DNA of 64,000 nt from an uncultured Gemmatimonadales bacterium (GTDB lineage Bacteria > Gemmatimonadota > Gemmatimonadetes > Gemmatimonadales > Gemmatimonadaceae): contig CAWKNZ010000010.1 of NCBI GenBank assembly GCA_963851265.1, positions 64,001 to 128,000 of the forward strand. Direction: 5' to 3'. The stretch's first letter is position 1. Each line of letters starts with the position of its first letter. Position numbers and translations under genes: made by a program. Below, in pieces: positions 1-9,781 of this stretch. A model generated the notes under the pieces. The model was given only the letters and a program-made list of their open reading frames with translations, did no database searches and was not told the DNA's origin.

Positions 1-26
1 GGACTCCGGGCGGCGACGCGCTCGCC

Positions 27-1409
27 GTGGTCGCCGCGCTCACGCTGGTCGTGTTCTTCGTGCACGCGCCGCCATTCCCGCACGGCGTCGGCGAGTTCCT
101 CGCCATGCGCGTCACGATGCGCAACACGCTCGCCGTGGCGGTCGTCGCCGCGTGGGCGACGACCGTGCTCGGGCTCGTCGGCGCGTACGACCTCGCGCGT
201 GCGCCTAACGCGGCGGAGCTGTTCGCAAACACGCTCGCCGGGTGCGCGGTCGCCGCGCTCCCGGTGATCCTGCTCGTGCCCGACCGCGGCCGGTGGTTTC
301 CGCTCGCGCCCGGCCTGCTGTTCGCCGCCGGAACGGCGGCCGGCGTGCTCACGTGCCGCGCCGCGGCCTACGCCGCGCGCCGCGTCCGCCGCCCCGAGGT
401 GCGCGTCGTGATCGCCGGGACCGGGCCGCGCGCGCAGTCGCTCTGGACGCGGCTGCAGTCCGACCGCACCGTCGCGTATCAACTGCTCGCCGTCGCCGAC
501 ACGCCCGAGGCGCTGCTCGCGCGCCGCGACCTGCCCGGCGTCTTCGCCGACGCGCCCGGGGGCGTCGCCGGCGTGGCCGTCAGCCGGCTCGACGAGTACC
601 TCATGCACACCGTCGTCGACGAGGTGTTCGTCGCCCTGCCCCACCGGTCGCGCTTCGGCGAGGTCCACGACGTCCTGCGCAGCTGCGAGCGCGCGGGCGT
701 CCACGCGCACTACCTCACCGACGCCGTCGCGTCGACGATCGCGCGCCCCCGCCCGAGCAACTCGGGGGGCTACCCCACCGTGAGCCTGCACGTCGTGCCC
801 GACGGGTCCGCACTCGTCGTCAAGCGCGCGATCGACATCGCGGGCGCCACCGTCGGCCTCGTGCTGCTCGCGCCGGTGTTGCTCGCCGTGGCGGTCGCGG
901 TGCGGTGCACGAGCCGCGGGCCGGTGTTCTTCACGCAGGAGCGATACGGGTACCGCAAGCGCCGCTTCCGGATGATGAAGTTCCGCACGATGGTCGCCGA
1001 CGCCGAACGCCACCAGGCCGCGCTGGAGGCGCAGAACGAGGCCGCGGGCCCGGTGTTCAAGATCGCGCGCGACCCGCGCCTCACGCGCGTCGGCGCCTTC
1101 CTGCGCCGCTCCTCGCTCGACGAGCTCCCGCAGCTCTGGAACGTGCTGCGCGGCGAGATGTCGCTCGTCGGCCCGCGCCCGCTCCCGACCCGCGACGTGT
1201 CGCGCTTCGCCGAGCCGTGGCTCATGCGCCGCTTCAGCGTGCGCCCCGGGCTCACGTGCCTCTGGCAGATCAGCGGACGCAGCAACGTCGGCTTCGACGA
1301 GTGGGTCTCGCTCGACCTGCGCTACATCGACGAGTGGTCGATCGGGCTCGACCTGCGCATCCTGTTCCAGACGCTGCCCGCGGTGCTCAGCGGGCGGGGT
1401 GCCCGGTGA
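27..1409 (+). CDS. Priming sugar transferase (polyprenyl glycosylphosphotransferase, WcaJ/WbaP family); true start may lie upstream of the window
   Basis: N-terminal TM helices; C-terminal Bac_transf motifs KRAIDI, KFRTM, DPRLTRVGAFLRRSSLDELPQLWNVLRGEMSLVGPRP, PGLTCLWQISGRS, LDLRYI; frame open to the window edge. Confidence 0.93.
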   Translation: MVAALTLVVFFVHAPPFPHGVGEFLAMRVTMRNTLAVAVVAAWATTVLGLVGAYDLARAPNAAELFANTLAGCAVAALPVILLVPDRGRWFPLAPGLLFAAGTAAGVLTCRAAAYAARRVRRPEVRVVIAGTGPRAQSLWTRLQSDRTVAYQLLAVADTPEALLARRDLPGVFADAPGGVAGVAVSRLDEYLMHTVVDEVFVALPHRSRFGEVHDVLRSCERAGVHAHYLTDAVASTIARPRPSNSGGYPTVSLHVVPDGSALVVKRAIDIAGATVGLVLLAPVLLAVAVAVRCTSRGPVFFTQERYGYRKRRFRMMKFRTMVADAERHQAALEAQNEAAGPVFKIARDPRLTRVGAFLRRSSLDELPQLWNVLRGEMSLVGPRPLPTRDVSRFAEPWLMRRFSVRPGLTCLWQISGRSNVGFDEWVSLDLRYIDEWSIGLDLRILFQTLPAVLSGRGAR

Positions 1410-3238
1410 CTCGTCCGCCCGTTCCGGCGCGCGCCGCGCGCCTCGACACGCGCTTGGCCGAGCCCCCGACCCGGCCGGCACACGCGGGTCCCTATGGGCC
1501 GTACGCGCCGTCGTCCGCTCCGCGGTTAGGCCTGACCGCTTCCGACGACGCGCCACCCGCGCGCGCGCACCTGCTCACGTTCGCGCTCGAGGAGTACTTC
1601 AACAACTTCGACCGGCTCATCGACCGGTCGCACTGGTCGCGCTTCGAGCGGCGCGTCGAGCACGGCACGACCCGGGTGCTCGACCTGCTGGACGCGCACG
1701 GGCAGCGGGCCACGTTCTTCTGCCTCGGCTGGGTCGCCGAACATCTGCCCGAGCTGGTCGCGGAGATCGCGCGCCGCGGCCACGAGGTCGCGAGCAAGGG
1801 TTACGCGCAGCAGCCGCTCTCGGCGCTTACGCCGCCCACGCTGCGCGACGACCTCGCGCGCGCCCGCGATGCGATCGAGGCCGTGACGGGCGTTCGCGTG
1901 CTCGGCTACCGCGCGCCGGGGTGGCTCGGCGCGGACGACGTGTGGGCGCTCGACGTGCTCGCCGACGAGGGCTACGCCTACGACTCGAGCGTGAAACCGT
2001 TCCTGCGCGCGGCGCGCGGCGCCGCGGCCGGCCGGCACCCGACGCTGCTGCAGCGCCCGGCGGGCGCGCTCTGGGAGGTGCCGGTCTCGGCGGTCCGGGT
2101 CGGTGGGATGCTCGTGCCCGTGGGCGCCGGCAACTATTCGCGTCAGCTGCCGCGCTGGATGATGCGCGGCGTCATGGACCGCTGGGGGCGCGCTCACCAC
2201 TCGCCGTTCCTGATGTACTTCCACGCCTGGGAGTTCGACGCCGATCAGCCACAGATCAGTGCCGCGCCGTGGCTGCACCGCGCGCGGTTTTACCGCAACA
2301 TCGCGAAGACGCCGGCGATTCTCGCCGACTACCTCGCCCGCTACCGCTTCACGAGCGTCGCGCAGTACCTCGGCCTCGACGCCACGGCGCCGGCGCCGTC
2401 CGGCGCGCGCCGGCACGTGCTCGCCTCGGGCGTTCCGCACGGTCCCCGGCGGGAGCACGTCGCCGCGCCCACGGGCCCCGCGGTCGGCGTCTCGCTCGTC
2501 GTCCCGTGCTTCAACGAGGAGCGCACCCTGGCCTACCTCGCGAACACGCTCGAGAGCGTGCGCGCGTCGCTCGCCGGGCGCTACGCGCTCGAGACCGTGT
2601 TCGTCGACGACGGGAGCACCGACGGCACGGCGGAGGAGCTGGCCCGACGCTTCGGCGACCGCGCCGACTGCCGCATCGTGCACCACGGGGTGAACCGCGG
2701 CGTCGGGCAGGCGATCCTCACCGGCGCCGCGCGCGCGCGGTACGACGTCGTGGCGTCGATCGACTGCGACTGCACGTACGACCCGCACGAACTCGCGCGC
2801 ATGCTCCCGCTGCTCACCGACGGCGTGGACGTGGTGACGGGGTCGCCCTACCACCGCGACGGCGGGGTTCGCAATGTGCCGCGGTGGCGCCTCGGCCTGT
2901 CGCGCTCGGCGTCGGCGTGCTACCGCGTCGTGCTGCGCCAGAAGCTGCACACGTACACGAGCTGCTTCCGCGTCTACCGGCGCGGCGCGCTCGAAGGCCT
3001 AACGCTCGCGCACGGCGGGTTCCTCGGCGTGGCCGAAACGCTCGGCCGGCTCGACCTGGCGGGCGCGCGCATCGTCGAGTACCCGACCACGCTCCACGTG
3101 CGCGTGCTCGGCCGCTCGAAGATGAAGGTGGCGCGTACGGTCGGCGGCCACGTCGTGCTCCTCGCGGAACTGGTCGGGCTGCGCGCGCGCGCGGCGCTCG
3201 GCCGGACCCGCCGGGCGGCCTGGGCCGTCGTGCGGTGA
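1406..3238 (+). CDS. Fusion of a polysaccharide deacetylase-like domain (DUF3473/PEP-CTERM-locus type, degenerate) and a GT2 glycosyltransferase (Dpm1/ArnC-like)
   Basis: GTG overlaps the upstream TGA; ATFFCLGWVAE, GYRAP, YDSS, YFHAWEFD, then VVPCFNEE, FVDDGSTDGT, IDCDCTYDP. Confidence 0.85.
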   Translation: MTRPPVPARAARLDTRLAEPPTRPAHAGPYGPYAPSSAPRLGLTASDDAPPARAHLLTFALEEYFNNFDRLIDRSHWSRFERRVEHGTTRVLDLLDAHGQRATFFCLGWVAEHLPELVAEIARRGHEVASKGYAQQPLSALTPPTLRDDLARARDAIEAVTGVRVLGYRAPGWLGADDVWALDVLADEGYAYDSSVKPFLRAARGAAAGRHPTLLQRPAGALWEVPVSAVRVGGMLVPVGAGNYSRQLPRWMMRGVMDRWGRAHHSPFLMYFHAWEFDADQPQISAAPWLHRARFYRNIAKTPAILADYLARYRFTSVAQYLGLDATAPAPSGARRHVLASGVPHGPRREHVAAPTGPAVGVSLVVPCFNEERTLAYLANTLESVRASLAGRYALETVFVDDGSTDGTAEELARRFGDRADCRIVHHGVNRGVGQAILTGAARARYDVVASIDCDCTYDPHELARMLPLLTDGVDVVTGSPYHRDGGVRNVPRWRLGLSRSASACYRVVLRQKLHTYTSCFRVYRRGALEGLTLAHGGFLGVAETLGRLDLAGARIVEYPTTLHVRVLGRSKMKVARTVGGHVVLLAELVGLRARAALGRTRRAAWAVVR

Positions 3239-3284
3239 CCCGCCGGTGACCCGCGCCCGCGTTCCCCACCAACCCGTTGTCGCC

Positions 3285-3968
3285 ATGCCTCTCACGTCCT
3301 CCTTCCTGATCCCGACGCGCGCCACGCTCCGGCTGGCGCTGCTCGTTGCGGGACTTTCGACGGGCGCCGCGGCGTGCGCGGCCCAGTCGGCGTCCGTCGA
3401 CACGGCGCCGGCCGCCGCGCCCCGCGCCGTGTCGATGCGCCCCGTACAGCTGCACGCGGGCGACCTCGTGAAGCTGTACATGTGGCGCGAGCCCGACCTG
3501 TCGCGCGAGTACGAGGTGAACGGCGCGGGCGCGATCGACCTGCCCAAGGTCGGCGCGGTCTCGGTCGCCGGCGTCTCGCCCGACTCGCTGCAGCACATCC
3601 TCGAACAGCGCTACGCGAAGTACCTGCGTACCCCGACCATCGAGGTCACGATGCGGCGCCGCATCTCGGTGCTCGGCGCGGTGCGCAACCCGGGCGTCTA
3701 CCAGGTCGACCCCTACGTGACCGTGGCCGCCGCCCTCGCCCTCGCCGGCGGGACGACCCCGGAGGCCCGCACCGACGAGGTCCGCGTGCTGCGCGGAGAC
3801 CGGACGTTCCGCACGCGCGTGTCGACGCGCACCGTGATCGCCGACTCGCCCGTCGAATCGGGCGACCAGCTGTTCGTACCCGATCGCGGATGGGCGACCC
3901 GCAACATCGCGGTGATCAGCGCGGCCGTCTCGGCCGTCGGGATCATCGTCTTCGCCGCCCGTCGTTAG
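3285..3968 (+). CDS. Polysaccharide export protein (Wza/Poly_export plus SLBB)
   Basis: Signal/lipobox-like GAAAC; LHAGDLV, GAIDLPKVG, VLGAVRNPGVY, ALALAGG; lies before Wzc. Confidence 0.85.
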   Translation: MPLTSSFLIPTRATLRLALLVAGLSTGAAACAAQSASVDTAPAAAPRAVSMRPVQLHAGDLVKLYMWREPDLSREYEVNGAGAIDLPKVGAVSVAGVSPDSLQHILEQRYAKYLRTPTIEVTMRRRISVLGAVRNPGVYQVDPYVTVAAALALAGGTTPEARTDEVRVLRGDRTFRTRVSTRTVIADSPVESGDQLFVPDRGWATRNIAVISAAVSAVGIIVFAARR

Positions 3969-3991
3969 GCACCTCCGCGCCGCCGCCCACC

Positions 3992-6409
3992 ATGAGCCTC
4001 TCGGTTCCCCCCTCGTACGCGCCTCGCACCGTCGAGCCCCCATCGCCGCCCACGTCCGACGCGCCCGAGCCGCCCGTCCGGCACCTCGCGGTGTGGGAGG
4101 TCGCGCGCCGCCGCGCGTGGCTCGTCCTCGGCGCGGGCGCGCTCGCCGCGCTGTGCGCCGCGCTCGTCGAGCGGACGATCGACCCGGTGTACGAGTCCGC
4201 GGCCTCGGTGCGCGTGGACGTGAAGGAGTCGCACGTGCCCGGCGTGTACCAGCACGTCGCGACCGGCGCGGAGGTCGGCAACGAACTCGACCTGCTCCAC
4301 AGCCGTACGCTCGCCGAGCAGATCGTCGACTCGCTCGGGCTGCGCGTGCGCCTGCTCGCGCCGAGCCCGGCGCGGGCCGGGCTTGTGAGCGCGGTACGCG
4401 CCGACCAGAGCGCCGACACCGGCACGTTCACCTTCGACCCCGCGCCCGCCGGGTTCGTGGTGTCGACCGGCAAGCCCGTGCGGTCCGTCGCCGTCGTGAA
4501 GCCCGGTGACTCGGTCACCGTGGCCGGAGCCACGATCGTGCTCGCGCCCGCCCCGGCCGCGGCGCGGCGGATCGTCGTCCGCGTCGACGGCTTTCAGGCC
4601 GCAGTCACGGAGCTCGTCGACGCGCTCAAGGTGGATCGCATGAGCCGCGAATCGCAGGTGATCGCGGTACGCTACCAGAGCCTGGACCCGGCCCTCGCGC
4701 GCGACGTGCCCAACGTCGCCGTGGCGAACTTCCTCGCCCTCCGCCGCCGCTCCCAGCAGTTCGAGACCGGCAGCACGGCCGCGGCGCTCCGCCAACAGGT
4801 GCGCGCCGTCAGCGCCGAACTCGCACGGTCGGACTCCACGCTGCTCACCTTCCGCCGCCGGCAGCGCGTCGTCGACCCGCACGACGAGGGCACGACGCAG
4901 ATCGCGCGCGTCGCTCAGCTGCGCACCGAGCGCACGCAGATCGGCACGGAACGCGACGCGCTCGCCGCGCTCATGCAGTCCCTCGCGCAGCGGTCGCGCG
5001 CGGGTGACGGCGGCGAGCTGCCGTACCGCCAGCTCGTCGGCTTCCCGACGCTCATGCGGAACGACGCCGTGTGGTCGTACGTTCGCGCGCTGACATCCGT
5101 CGAGGAACAGCGCGCGGCGCTGCTCGTGCGGCGCACCCCGGAGGACCCCGACGTCATCGCGCTCACCGATCGCGCGCGCACGCTCGAGCAGCAGCTGCGC
5201 GCGACGGCGACCACCTACCTCGACGGCCTCACGCAGCAGACAGCGTCGGTCGACGCGGAGCTACAGCGCGCGGAGGCGAGCCTCGCCCGCCTCCCGGGCC
5301 AGGAAGCGGAGTTCGGCCGCCTTGAGCGCGGCCCGAAGGTGCTCGGCGAGATGCTCACGCTGCTGCAGACGCGGCTGAAGGAAGCGGAAGTGGCCGAAGC
5401 GGTCGCCGACCCCACAGTCCAGCGGCTCGACGTCGCGCCGTTCCCCCTCCACCCCGTCCGACCGAAGCCCGCCCAGGACGTCGCGCTTGCGGCATGTGCG
5501 GGCCTGCTGCTCGGGCTCGCCGGGGCGCTCGTTCGAGACCGGCTCGACCGCACCGTGCGTACCCGCGAGGACGTCCGCCAGTGGGCCGGCCTCCCGGTCG
5601 TCGGGGTCATCCCGCACACGCCCTACGAGCCGGGCAGGGTGCCGATGCGCGATCGGAAGGCGCTGCCGACGGCGCGCCCTCGCGCGCTCGCCCTGCTGCC
5701 GCGCGCCGGACGCCGCGCGTACGACGAGCGCGGGCTGTTTCTCACCGAGGCGATCGCGCGCCTGCACGCGACGATCGCCGTGTGGCAGCCCGGCGGCGAC
5801 CTGCGCCGTCTCGTCGTGACGAGCCCCCTCTCGGGGGAGGGGAAGACGACCACGGCGAGCAATCTGGCGCGCGCCGTCGCGCGCGCCGGGTCACGCACCC
5901 TGCTCATCGACGGCGACCTCCGCCGCGGCACGCTGCACGAGCGCTTCGGCATCCCGCGGTCGCCAGGCTTCTCGGACGTGCTCGCGGGCGTGGCGTCGCT
6001 CGACGCGGTGGTACACCTCGTCGACGTCGGAGACGGCGCCATGCTCGCGGTGGTCCCCGCGGGCACGCCGACCGACGCGGCGCGCCGGATCCTCACAGCC
6101 CCGCGTGCGCGCGCCGTGCTCGGCCACGCGGGCGTGCACTACGACAGCGTCATCGTCGACGCGTCGCCGATCAACGTCACCGCGGACGCGGCGCTGCTCG
6201 CCGCGGAGGCGGACGGCGTGCTCCTCGTCGCGCGCGCGGGGCAGACGCCGCTCGACGCGCTCGCCCACGCCGTCCAGCAGCTCGGACAGACCGGCGCGAC
6301 GCCGCTCGGGGTCGTGGTCAACGACATCGACCCCGTACGCGACGCCGCGTACGACACCGAATACCGGGTCTACGACGACCCGTACTTCCACACGTCCGGT
6401 GCTGCCTGA
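3992..6409 (+). CDS. Wzc-like polysaccharide co-polymerase / BY-kinase
   Basis: Two TM segments flanking a coiled-coil periplasmic region; Walker A SPLSGEGKTT, LIDGDLRR, Walker B VIVDASP; C-terminal Tyr cluster YDTEYRVYDDPYF. Confidence 0.92.
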   Translation: MSLSVPPSYAPRTVEPPSPPTSDAPEPPVRHLAVWEVARRRAWLVLGAGALAALCAALVERTIDPVYESAASVRVDVKESHVPGVYQHVATGAEVGNELDLLHSRTLAEQIVDSLGLRVRLLAPSPARAGLVSAVRADQSADTGTFTFDPAPAGFVVSTGKPVRSVAVVKPGDSVTVAGATIVLAPAPAAARRIVVRVDGFQAAVTELVDALKVDRMSRESQVIAVRYQSLDPALARDVPNVAVANFLALRRRSQQFETGSTAAALRQQVRAVSAELARSDSTLLTFRRRQRVVDPHDEGTTQIARVAQLRTERTQIGTERDALAALMQSLAQRSRAGDGGELPYRQLVGFPTLMRNDAVWSYVRALTSVEEQRAALLVRRTPEDPDVIALTDRARTLEQQLRATATTYLDGLTQQTASVDAELQRAEASLARLPGQEAEFGRLERGPKVLGEMLTLLQTRLKEAEVAEAVADPTVQRLDVAPFPLHPVRPKPAQDVALAACAGLLLGLAGALVRDRLDRTVRTREDVRQWAGLPVVGVIPHTPYEPGRVPMRDRKALPTARPRALALLPRAGRRAYDERGLFLTEAIARLHATIAVWQPGGDLRRLVVTSPLSGEGKTTTASNLARAVARAGSRTLLIDGDLRRGTLHERFGIPRSPGFSDVLAGVASLDAVVHLVDVGDGAMLAVVPAGTPTDAARRILTAPRARAVLGHAGVHYDSVIVDASPINVTADAALLAAEADGVLLVARAGQTPLDALAHAVQQLGQTGATPLGVVVNDIDPVRDAAYDTEYRVYDDPYFHTSGAA

Positions 6410-6477
6410 CAACGGCCGCCCCGTCAGCCGCGCCCTCGGCGCCTCCCTCTCCGCCCCGCCCTCCTCGAGCCCGGACC

Positions 6478-7551
6478 ATGCGCACGACGACTAGCCACAC
6501 GAGCCAAACTCCCCCACGTGTCCTCGTCACGGGCGCCGGCGGGTTCATCGGCCACCACCTGACGAGCTACCTCAAGGGGCTCGGATACTGGGTGCGCGGC
6601 GTCGACGTGAAGGCGCCCGAGTACGAGGACTCGCGCGCCGACGAGTTCATGCTGCTCGACCTGCGTCGCTGGGAGAACTGCCTCGCCGCCACGGCCGGAG
6701 TGGACGAGGTGTACGCGCTCGCCGCTGACATGGGAGGCATGGGGTTCATCTCAAAGCACCACGCGGCGATCCTGCACAACAACATCCTGATCAGCACGCA
6801 CACGCTGGACGCGGCGCGGGAGAACGGGGTGAAGCGCTACCTCTACACGTCGTCGGCCTGCATCTATCCCGAATACCGGCAGCTCACGGCGGACGTCACG
6901 CCGCTGCGCGAGGAGGACGCGTATCCGGCGCAGCCGCAGGACGCGTACGGCTGGGAGAAGCTGGTGACCGAGCGCCTCTGCGCGCACTACAGCGAGGAGC
7001 ACGGCATCGCGACCCGCGTCGTCCGGTTCCACAACATCTTCGGCCCGTTAGGCACGTGGGACGGCGGACGCGAGAAGGCGCCGGCCGCGATGTGCCGCAA
7101 GGTCGCGCTCGCGAAGCTCACGGGGCGCCCGGAGATCGACATCTGGGGCGACGGCGAGCAGACGCGCTCGTTCTGCTACATCGACGACTGCGTCGAGGGC
7201 ATCTACCGCCTCATGCGCTCAGATTACGCGGAGCCGCTCAACCTCGGCCAGGACCGGCTCATCTCGATCAACCAGCTCGCCGACATGGTCGCCGCGGCGG
7301 CCGGCACGGTCATCGAGAAGCGCCACGTGCCCGGCCCTCAGGGGGTGCGCGGGCGCAACTCCGACAACGCGCGGCTCCGTGAGGTGCTCGGCTGGGAGCC
7401 GGTGATCTCGCTCGAAGACGGCGTCGCGCGCACGTACGCGTGGATTGAGGGCCAGGTCCGCGCGCGCACGGCCGACGTCGCTCCGGCCGTGGCGGCGCCC
7501 GCACACGGGCTGCGCGCGGTCCCATCTCGCGCGACGGCGATCACCGCGTGA
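6478..7551 (+). CDS. NAD-dependent epimerase, GDP-mannose 3,5-epimerase-like
   Basis: TGAGGFIG, LAADMGGMGFI, SSACIYPE, YGWEK, RFHNIFGP, GGREKAPAA, GVRGRNSDN, all characteristic of the GME subfamily. Confidence 0.88.
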   Translation: MRTTTSHTSQTPPRVLVTGAGGFIGHHLTSYLKGLGYWVRGVDVKAPEYEDSRADEFMLLDLRRWENCLAATAGVDEVYALAADMGGMGFISKHHAAILHNNILISTHTLDAARENGVKRYLYTSSACIYPEYRQLTADVTPLREEDAYPAQPQDAYGWEKLVTERLCAHYSEEHGIATRVVRFHNIFGPLGTWDGGREKAPAAMCRKVALAKLTGRPEIDIWGDGEQTRSFCYIDDCVEGIYRLMRSDYAEPLNLGQDRLISINQLADMVAAAAGTVIEKRHVPGPQGVRGRNSDNARLREVLGWEPVISLEDGVARTYAWIEGQVRARTADVAPAVAAPAHGLRAVPSRATAITA

Positions 7552-8378
7552 GTGTCCCCATCGCGCGCGCCGGCAGCCTGACGCACCCGGCCGACGGAGC
7601 CGGGCCGGCCCGCGTCGACGTGCTTGGCGTGCGCGTCAGCGCCATCGACCCGCCCACCGCGCTCGCAACGTTCGACGGGTGGATCAGGCGCGGGGAGCGC
7701 CGGTACGTTTGCGTGAGCGGCGTGCACGGCGTGATGGAGAGCCTGCGCGACCCGGCGCTGCGCGCCATTCACAACGCGGCCGGCCTGGTCACCCCGGACG
7801 GCATGCCGCTCGTCTGGCTGAGTCGCCTGGCCGGGCACACGCGTGCCGCGCGCGTGTACGGGCCCGACCTCATGCTCGCCGCGTGCGCGCACGGCGTCGC
7901 GCGCGGTTGGCGCCACTACTTCTACGGCGGGGGCGACGGCGTGCCCGAACTGCTCGCCGAGCGGTTGCGCGCGCGCGTGCCCGGGCTCGAGGTCGTCGGG
8001 ACGTACTCGCCGCCTTTCCGCGCGCTCTCCACGGACGAGGACGACGCCGTCGTCACGCGCATCAACGCGACCGGCGCCGACGTCGTGTGGGTCGGCCTCA
8101 GCACCCCAAAGCAGGAGCGGTGGATGGCGGCGCACCGCGAGCGCCTCGCGGCGCCGGTGCTCGTCGGCGTCGGCGCGGCGTTCGACTTCCACGCCGGACT
8201 GAAACGGCAGGCCCCGCGTTGGATGCAGCGGAGTGGGCTCGAGTGGGCGTTCCGGCTCGCGAGCGAGCCGCGGCGGCTCGGGCGCCGGTACCTCGTCAAC
8301 AACCCGCTGTTCGTGTGGCACGTCGCGCGTCAACTGGTCGCGGCGCGTGCGGCGGGCCTGCGGGTCGCGCGCCCGTGA
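7548..8378 (+). CDS. WecG/TagA/CpsF family glycosyltransferase
   Basis: PDGMPLVW, GPDLM, WVGLSTPKQERW, GVGAAFDF, GLEWAFRLASEPRRLGRRY. Confidence 0.93.
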   Translation: MSVPIARAGSLTHPADGAGPARVDVLGVRVSAIDPPTALATFDGWIRRGERRYVCVSGVHGVMESLRDPALRAIHNAAGLVTPDGMPLVWLSRLAGHTRAARVYGPDLMLAACAHGVARGWRHYFYGGGDGVPELLAERLRARVPGLEVVGTYSPPFRALSTDEDDAVVTRINATGADVVWVGLSTPKQERWMAAHRERLAAPVLVGVGAAFDFHAGLKRQAPRWMQRSGLEWAFRLASEPRRLGRRYLVNNPLFVWHVARQLVAARAAGLRVARP

Positions 8379-9781
8379 GCGCCGTCCCGGCGGAGAGTCT
8401 GCGGGCGACCGTGCTGCGGGGCGGGACGTACCTCGCGGTGCGTCAAGTCGCGACGCTCGGCATCCACCTCGTCGGCGTGCTCCTGCTGACGCGAATCATC
8501 GGGCCGCGCGCGTACGGTCTCTACGCGGCCGCGTTCGGCATCCACACCTACCTGTACTACATCACGCAGTGCGGGCTCGGGGTGTACCTCATCCGCCGCG
8601 AGGACGACGCGGGGGTCGCCGACTACCACCAGGCCTTCACCCTGTTCCTGCTCCTCGGCATCGGTGGCGCCCTCGCCGCCGAGCTCGCGGTCCCGCTCAT
8701 TCACTGGTGGACGCGGCTCGACGGCCTCACGCCGCTGGCCCGGACGATGTTCGTCGCGCTGCCGATCCAACTCACCGCCCTCACGGCGTCCGCCAAGCTG
8801 GAGCGCGCACTCGACTACCGCCGCGTGGCGATGTCGGAGCTGCTGGGCTACGTGGCCTTCTACGGCGTCGCGCTGCCGCTTGCCGTCGCCGGGCGCGGGC
8901 CGTGGGCCCCCGTCGCGGGGTTCTGGGCGCAACAACTCGTGCTTGCCGCGCTCTACTTCGGGAACGCGAGATATCGGCCCCGGTTCGTCTGGGATCGCGC
9001 GCGCATTCGGCCGATGCTGCGCTACGGCGTGGGGTACTCCGGCGCCACGTGGGTGTGGCAGCTTCGCGACCTCGTGAACGCGCTCGTCGTCGGCCGCTAC
9101 GCGGGCGCGGCGGCCGTCGGCTACGTGGCGTTCACCGTGCGGCTCGTTGACGGGCTGAGCTTCACGAAGACGGCAGCCTGGCGGCTCTCGCTCGCGGTGC
9201 TCGCGCGGCTCCAGCACGACCAGCGGCGGCTCACGGGCGCGCTGAGCGAAGGCATGCAGCTGCAGGTGCTCGCGGGCGGCCCGATGTTGGTCGCATTCGG
9301 GTTCGTCGCCCCGTTCGCCGTCGGCCGGTTCTTCGGCGGGCGCTGGGTCCCGGTACTCGGGATCTATCCGTACATCGCACTGGCGTACCTGACCAACGCG
9401 CTGTTCAACCTGCACTCCTCGGCGCTCTACGTCGTGCGGCGGACGTGGGACGTCGCGGCGTTCCACACCGCGCACGTCGCGCTGTTCGCTGGCGGCGCGC
9501 TCCTCCTCGTCCCGCGCTTCGGAATGGCCGGCTACGGGTGGGCCGAAATGGTCGCGTTAGGCAGCTACGCGGTGGTGCACGCGCGCGTCGCCCGAAACAT
9601 CGGCACGCCGAGCTACGGCGTGGCGTGGCCGTTGTGGCTCGCGTGGGCGACGCTCCTCTTCTGGCGCGAGCTCGGGTGGTGGTGCCTCGTCGGGCCGCTC
9701 ACGGCCGCCGTGTGGCCCGGAGCCGTCCGCCAGCTGCGAACCTACGTCACGAACGTCGCGGGGTTGATCTATGCGCGCTGA
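8375..9781 (+). CDS. Oligosaccharide flippase (Wzx family)
   Basis: About 12 hydrophobic segments; LLTRIIGPRAYGLY; GTG overlaps the upstream stop; locus context. Confidence 0.85.
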   Translation: MSAVPAESLRATVLRGGTYLAVRQVATLGIHLVGVLLLTRIIGPRAYGLYAAAFGIHTYLYYITQCGLGVYLIRREDDAGVADYHQAFTLFLLLGIGGALAAELAVPLIHWWTRLDGLTPLARTMFVALPIQLTALTASAKLERALDYRRVAMSELLGYVAFYGVALPLAVAGRGPWAPVAGFWAQQLVLAALYFGNARYRPRFVWDRARIRPMLRYGVGYSGATWVWQLRDLVNALVVGRYAGAAAVGYVAFTVRLVDGLSFTKTAAWRLSLAVLARLQHDQRRLTGALSEGMQLQVLAGGPMLVAFGFVAPFAVGRFFGGRWVPVLGIYPYIALAYLTNALFNLHSSALYVVRRTWDVAAFHTAHVALFAGGALLLVPRFGMAGYGWAEMVALGSYAVVHARVARNIGTPSYGVAWPLWLAWATLLFWRELGWWCLVGPLTAAVWPGAVRQLRTYVTNVAGLIYAR

